Of a stretch of 29,352 nt of DNA, positions 25,547 through 29,352 are shown one piece after another. This DNA comes from Fibrobacteria bacterium (GTDB lineage Bacteria > Fibrobacterota > Fibrobacteria > UBA11236). The stretch is from assembly GCA_043732185.1 (NCBI GenBank), contig JAYTHY010000084.1:1-29352 (forward strand), read 5' to 3'. Position 1 is the first letter of the stretch. Each line of letters begins with the position of its first letter. Below the pieces are notes generated by a model. The model made no database searches. It worked only from the letters and a program-made list of their open reading frames with translations, and was not told the DNA's origin. The translations under genes and the position numbers were made by a program.

Positions 25547-26266
25547 GTGAGTGAAGAGAACCTAGACCCGGCAGCCGCGGCTCAGTTGGAAGAGCCGTCT
25601 GAGGATGCTGAAACACAAGAACTGGATAGCGTCTGGGCCCCGGAACCGGACAAATTGTTGTTGTCCCTCCTCTTCGCCAGCCATGAATATTTAAGCTCCC
25701 GAGCCATCCGTGACATTATGGGTGACAACTGGGATTTAGCGTCCATCCGTCGCCTCATCAAGACAGTGAATGTGCGCTTAGAAGAACTGGACATGCCTTT
25801 TGAAGTGGTAGAAGTGGATGCCACCTTCAGGCTGCGCACTCGGCCGATTTATTTTCCCTGGGTACGGAAACTGTTCCGGGAAGCCAATCCCCGCCGCCTA
25901 TCCCAGGCCAGCCTCGAAACCCTGGCCATCATCGCCTACAAGCAGCCCATCACAAAAGCGGAAATCGAATCCATTCGTGGTGTCAACGTGGATGGCTGTA
26001 TGAAGAGTTTGCTCGAAAAGAAACTCATCGATGTCAACGCCCGCACCGATGCCCTGGGCAACGCCTTTTCCTACTCCACCACCCGCGACTTTATGCGTTA
26101 CTTCGGCATCAGCCGCGTGCCGGATGATTTGCCTCGGCTTTCCGAATTCGAAGCCATTGTCAATGCCCAGGCTTTGATCCCACAAGTGGGTCCGGATGGC
26201 ACTTTAGTGGAAATGGCCCAGCCGGAAGCGGATGGCGAACAGCTGACGATGGATCAGTTGGAGTGA
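25547..26266 (+). CDS. scpB: Segregation and condensation protein B
   Basis: LLFAS, RLSQASLETLAIIAYKQPITKAEIESIRGVN, YSTTRDFMRYFGI...DLP. Confidence 0.94.
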   Translation: MSEENLDPAAAAQLEEPSEDAETQELDSVWAPEPDKLLLSLLFASHEYLSSRAIRDIMGDNWDLASIRRLIKTVNVRLEELDMPFEVVEVDATFRLRTRPIYFPWVRKLFREANPRRLSQASLETLAIIAYKQPITKAEIESIRGVNVDGCMKSLLEKKLIDVNARTDALGNAFSYSTTRDFMRYFGISRVPDDLPRLSEFEAIVNAQALIPQVGPDGTLVEMAQPEADGEQLTMDQLE

Positions 26267-26299
26267 CCACAACTCAGTACCGATAGATCGGGAATCCGC

Positions 26300-29008
26300 A
26301 TGAATCCCACGCCCATGATGAAGCAGTACCTGGACATCAAAGCCAGGCACCCGGATTCCATCCTCCTCTACAGGATGGGGGACTTCTATGAGCTATTCAA
26401 TGAAGATGCAATAGTAGCCTCCAAGATACTGGGGCTCACACTTACCGCGCGCAATCACGGCGGCACCGATAAAACTCCCTTGGCGGGTTTTCCTTACCAT
26501 GCCGTAGAGCGGTACATGCCCAAGCTCATTAATGCGGGGCTCAAGGTGGCAGTATGCGAACAGGTTGAAGATGCTGCCGATGCCAAAGGCGTGGTCAAGC
26601 GTGAAGTAACAGAAATCGTCACGCGTGGTACAGCTATCAATGAAAATTATCTGGATGCCAAGACCAATAATTATTTGGCTTCCCTGTATTCCATCGCTAC
26701 ACCTTCACGTGGAGCTTTGCCAGCGACGGGTCAGGAGCGTTATGGATTAGCCTACCTGGATTTAAGCACCGGCCGGTTTGTAGTCATGGAAGGTCAGCTG
26801 GAGCAGGTGATCCACGAAGTGTACCGATTGGGCACGCAGGAGGTTCTTTTTCCTGAAAATCTGGACGTGCCCGTTGAGCTGGCACAACTGCGCGACCAGG
26901 AAAAGGTATTGCTGACGCAATTGCCAAAGGGACTGTTCCAGCTTGCCGAAGGCATATCGGCCTTAAAGCGACAGTTCCAGGTTCACTCCTTGGAAGCCTT
27001 CGACTGCGCCCATATGACAGTGGGATTGAGCGCGGCCGCGGCGGCATTGACTTATGTGAAAGACAATAAAAAGTCCGAGCTGAATCACTTGGTGCGCTTG
27101 ACCGCTAGCCGCTTTGAACACCACATGACCTTGGACGCTGCCACGGTTAGAAATCTGGAACTGATCCGACCCTTACATGGTGATGATGAAAGCGGCACTC
27201 TATTTCACCTCCTAGACCGCACCATAACCGCCATGGGTGGCCGCGCCCTCAAATACTGGCTGACACATCCCTTACTCAATCCGGAAAAAATCGGACTGAG
27301 GCTGGATGCCATTCAAGAATTACTGGACCGACCAGAAATACATACAGACTTACGACGACATTTGCAGGCCATCAATGACATGGAGCGCATTGTCGCCAAA
27401 TGCGGTGCGGCCCGCGTTCATGCCAGGGACTTGGTCGGATTGGGAAACTCCCTGGTGGAAGCCGCTGAGGTGGGCAAAAGGCTTTCTGGTTTGGAGGCTG
27501 AGTTGTTTCAAAAATGCCGCCAGCCGCTGGAAGCCCTGGCCGACCTAGGGCTTTCTCTATTGAAACGATTGACGGAAAGGCCCCCGCTAACTGTTCGTGA
27601 AGGCGGAATGATTCAGCCTGGGAATTTTCCCGAACTGGATGAACTCGTAAATGGCATTCGGGAAGGCCGAGAATGGCTCAATGGCTTGCAGGCGCGGGAA
27701 CGCGAGGCGACAGGCATTACCACCTTGAAGGTCGGATACAATAAAGTTTTCGGATATTATATCGAAGTCACCAAAGCGCAAGAAGGTAAGGTTCCCGCCA
27801 GTTACATGCGCAAACAAAGCCTGGTGGGTGCGGAGCGATACATCACTCCGGAAATGAAGGAATGGGAAAGCCGCATCCTCGGTGCCGAAGGCGAAATCAA
27901 TGCCTGCGAGTACCGAATTTTTTGTACCCTGCGCGAAGAAATCAACACGGCAGCCGGTCGCATTCTGGAAGCGGCACAAACCCTTGGCAAAGTGGATGTC
28001 TTGTGCTGCTTGGCCCTGGCGGCCCGTGACCTGCGTTTTTCCCGTCCGCATATTTCCGAGGACTCTACCCTACGCATCGTGAACGGCCGCCATCCAGTTG
28101 TAGAAGCGATCACGGAAGAAGGAATGTATATCGCCAACGATGTGGAACTGGATACGCAGCAAAGACAAATCCTGCTTATCACCGGGCCCAATATGGCGGG
28201 TAAGTCCACGTACTTGCGCCAGGTAGGCCTCATCACGCTGCTAGCCCAAGTGGGTTCCTTTGTACCGGCGGAAGAAGCCCACATTGGCCTGGTCGACCGT
28301 ATCTTCACGCGCGTTGGCGCCACCGACCGACTGGCCAAAGGGCAAAGCACCTTTATGGTGGAAATGATCGAAACCGCCAATATCCTCAATCACGCCACCC
28401 CCCGGAGCCTGGTGCTACTGGATGAAATCGGCCGCGGGACCAGCACCTTTGACGGATTGGCTTTGGCATGGGCCATTGTCGAAGCCCTACATGAGGACAA
28501 ACGCATCGCGGCCCGCACTCTATTCGCGACCCATTATCATGAATTGACCCAACTAGCAAAGCGCCTTAAGCGCCTACGTAATGTACAGGTTACCGTCAAA
28601 GAGGCGGACGGCCAGGTTTTGTTTCTACGCAAGGTGATTGAAGGAGGCTGCGATTCCAGTTATGGAATCCATGTAGCCAAGATGGCTGGCGTTCCCAATG
28701 CTGTGGTCAATCGGGCCTGGAAAATACTGGCAGAGCTGGAAAGCCATGGAATGGCAGCGGGTGCCGGTTTTGGGGCTGGGGCTGGGGGAAAAATATCTGC
28801 TCCGGTAACCCAACAAGTCGATTTGTTCCATGTGTCACAAGTGATTCCAGAAAACCCTCTCCATCGCCAATCCTATGAAGAAATGATGAGCTTGGATCTC
28901 GATTCGCTGAGTCCCATGCAACTCATGATGAAAATCCATGAATTAAAAGTCAAACTTTCTGGTCGGGATAAATCTACCGCTTCTGCTGTTTATCACACGA
29001 ACCGGTAA
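26300..29008 (+). CDS. mutS: DNA mismatch repair protein MutS (MutS1)
   Basis: TPMMKQY, RMGDFYELF, TGPNMAGKSTY, STFMVEM, DEIGRGTSTFDG, FATHYHELT, SYGIHVAKMAG; beta-clamp-like motif QVDLF. Confidence 0.98.
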   Translation: MNPTPMMKQYLDIKARHPDSILLYRMGDFYELFNEDAIVASKILGLTLTARNHGGTDKTPLAGFPYHAVERYMPKLINAGLKVAVCEQVEDAADAKGVVKREVTEIVTRGTAINENYLDAKTNNYLASLYSIATPSRGALPATGQERYGLAYLDLSTGRFVVMEGQLEQVIHEVYRLGTQEVLFPENLDVPVELAQLRDQEKVLLTQLPKGLFQLAEGISALKRQFQVHSLEAFDCAHMTVGLSAAAAALTYVKDNKKSELNHLVRLTASRFEHHMTLDAATVRNLELIRPLHGDDESGTLFHLLDRTITAMGGRALKYWLTHPLLNPEKIGLRLDAIQELLDRPEIHTDLRRHLQAINDMERIVAKCGAARVHARDLVGLGNSLVEAAEVGKRLSGLEAELFQKCRQPLEALADLGLSLLKRLTERPPLTVREGGMIQPGNFPELDELVNGIREGREWLNGLQAREREATGITTLKVGYNKVFGYYIEVTKAQEGKVPASYMRKQSLVGAERYITPEMKEWESRILGAEGEINACEYRIFCTLREEINTAAGRILEAAQTLGKVDVLCCLALAARDLRFSRPHISEDSTLRIVNGRHPVVEAITEEGMYIANDVELDTQQRQILLITGPNMAGKSTYLRQVGLITLLAQVGSFVPAEEAHIGLVDRIFTRVGATDRLAKGQSTFMVEMIETANILNHATPRSLVLLDEIGRGTSTFDGLALAWAIVEALHEDKRIAARTLFATHYHELTQLAKRLKRLRNVQVTVKEADGQVLFLRKVIEGGCDSSYGIHVAKMAGVPNAVVNRAWKILAELESHGMAAGAGFGAGAGGKISAPVTQQVDLFHVSQVIPENPLHRQSYEEMMSLDLDSLSPMQLMMKIHELKVKLSGRDKSTASAVYHTNR

Positions 29009-29262
29009 CCGAAGCGAGTCCGGAATCGTCTAAAGATTACTCAAATTAAAAATGGAGATGAAAGCAATAAAGATTTGCAACTCGATATTATTTTTAATAT
29101 TTGGATTCTCCACGAATTTATTTTCAAATAATATATCGGTGGGTGCAGGCATCGGCTCTGATAACGGCTTGGCAGGGCTTCAAATAGAATATTCAGTTGG
29201 GGAATTTTCCGCCGATATTGGAGGAATACCAGGTTCACCACTGTTTTCCGCGGGAATAAATT

Positions 29263-29304
29263 GGAATATTTTAAAATCGGAAAACGAAAGGAATATTTTA
29301 AAAT
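29263..29304. repeat. Perfect 15-bp direct repeat GGAATATTTTAAAAT x2 (27-bp period) in an AT-rich region
   Basis: Copies at 29263-29277 and 29290-29304; each contains the palindrome ATTTTAAAAT. Confidence 0.75.
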
Positions 29305-29352
29305 TCCAGATTGGAAGCATAAATGGATTGAACTATACCCCTCAATTGTTTC

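Noticed and set aside
29263..29304. CRISPR array or oriC
   Set aside because: Only two 15-bp units with a 12-bp spacer, no cas genes, and no consensus DnaA boxes (TTATCCACA) seen.
29041..29352. Minus-strand frame open to the window edge
   Set aside because: The translation reflects AT-rich repeat sequence (ILKYS twice) with no domain signal; it cannot be supported as a gene, though a truncated CDS is not excluded.

Overview
A gene-dense bacterial chromosomal window from a diderm organism (TonB receptor, lipoproteins). The overall gene style suggests the FCB group, possibly Fibrobacterota, but this is inference only. From left to right: (i) a tightly coupled four-gene operon (5'-truncated ORF with a PEGA-like C-terminus, TPR-like membrane protein, FHA-domain sigma54 enhancer-binding protein, multi-Ig/PKD lipoprotein); (ii) a convergent operon of a short UvrD-family helicase that appears to lack the 2B subdomain, plsC and an RsuA/RluB-family pseudouridine synthase; (iii) an orphan REC-HATPase regulator and rpsU; (iv) a SPOR lipoprotein and rimO, a stand-alone DsbD-N protein, and glmM-glmS; (v) an ~8.6 kb cobamide salvage block (cbiB-cbiZ divergent from a cobalamin riboswitch leading btuB, a beta-propeller lipoprotein, btuF, btuC, btuD); (vi) scpA-scpB-mutS and an AT-rich tail with a direct repeat. 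No tRNA, rRNA, CRISPR array, transposase or integrase could be supported. The best novelty candidates are the FHA-sigma54 envelope-signalling operon, the natural delta-2B helicase, and the CbiZ/BtuG-like cobamide capture-and-remodel locus. All product calls come from motif recognition by eye; no searches were run.
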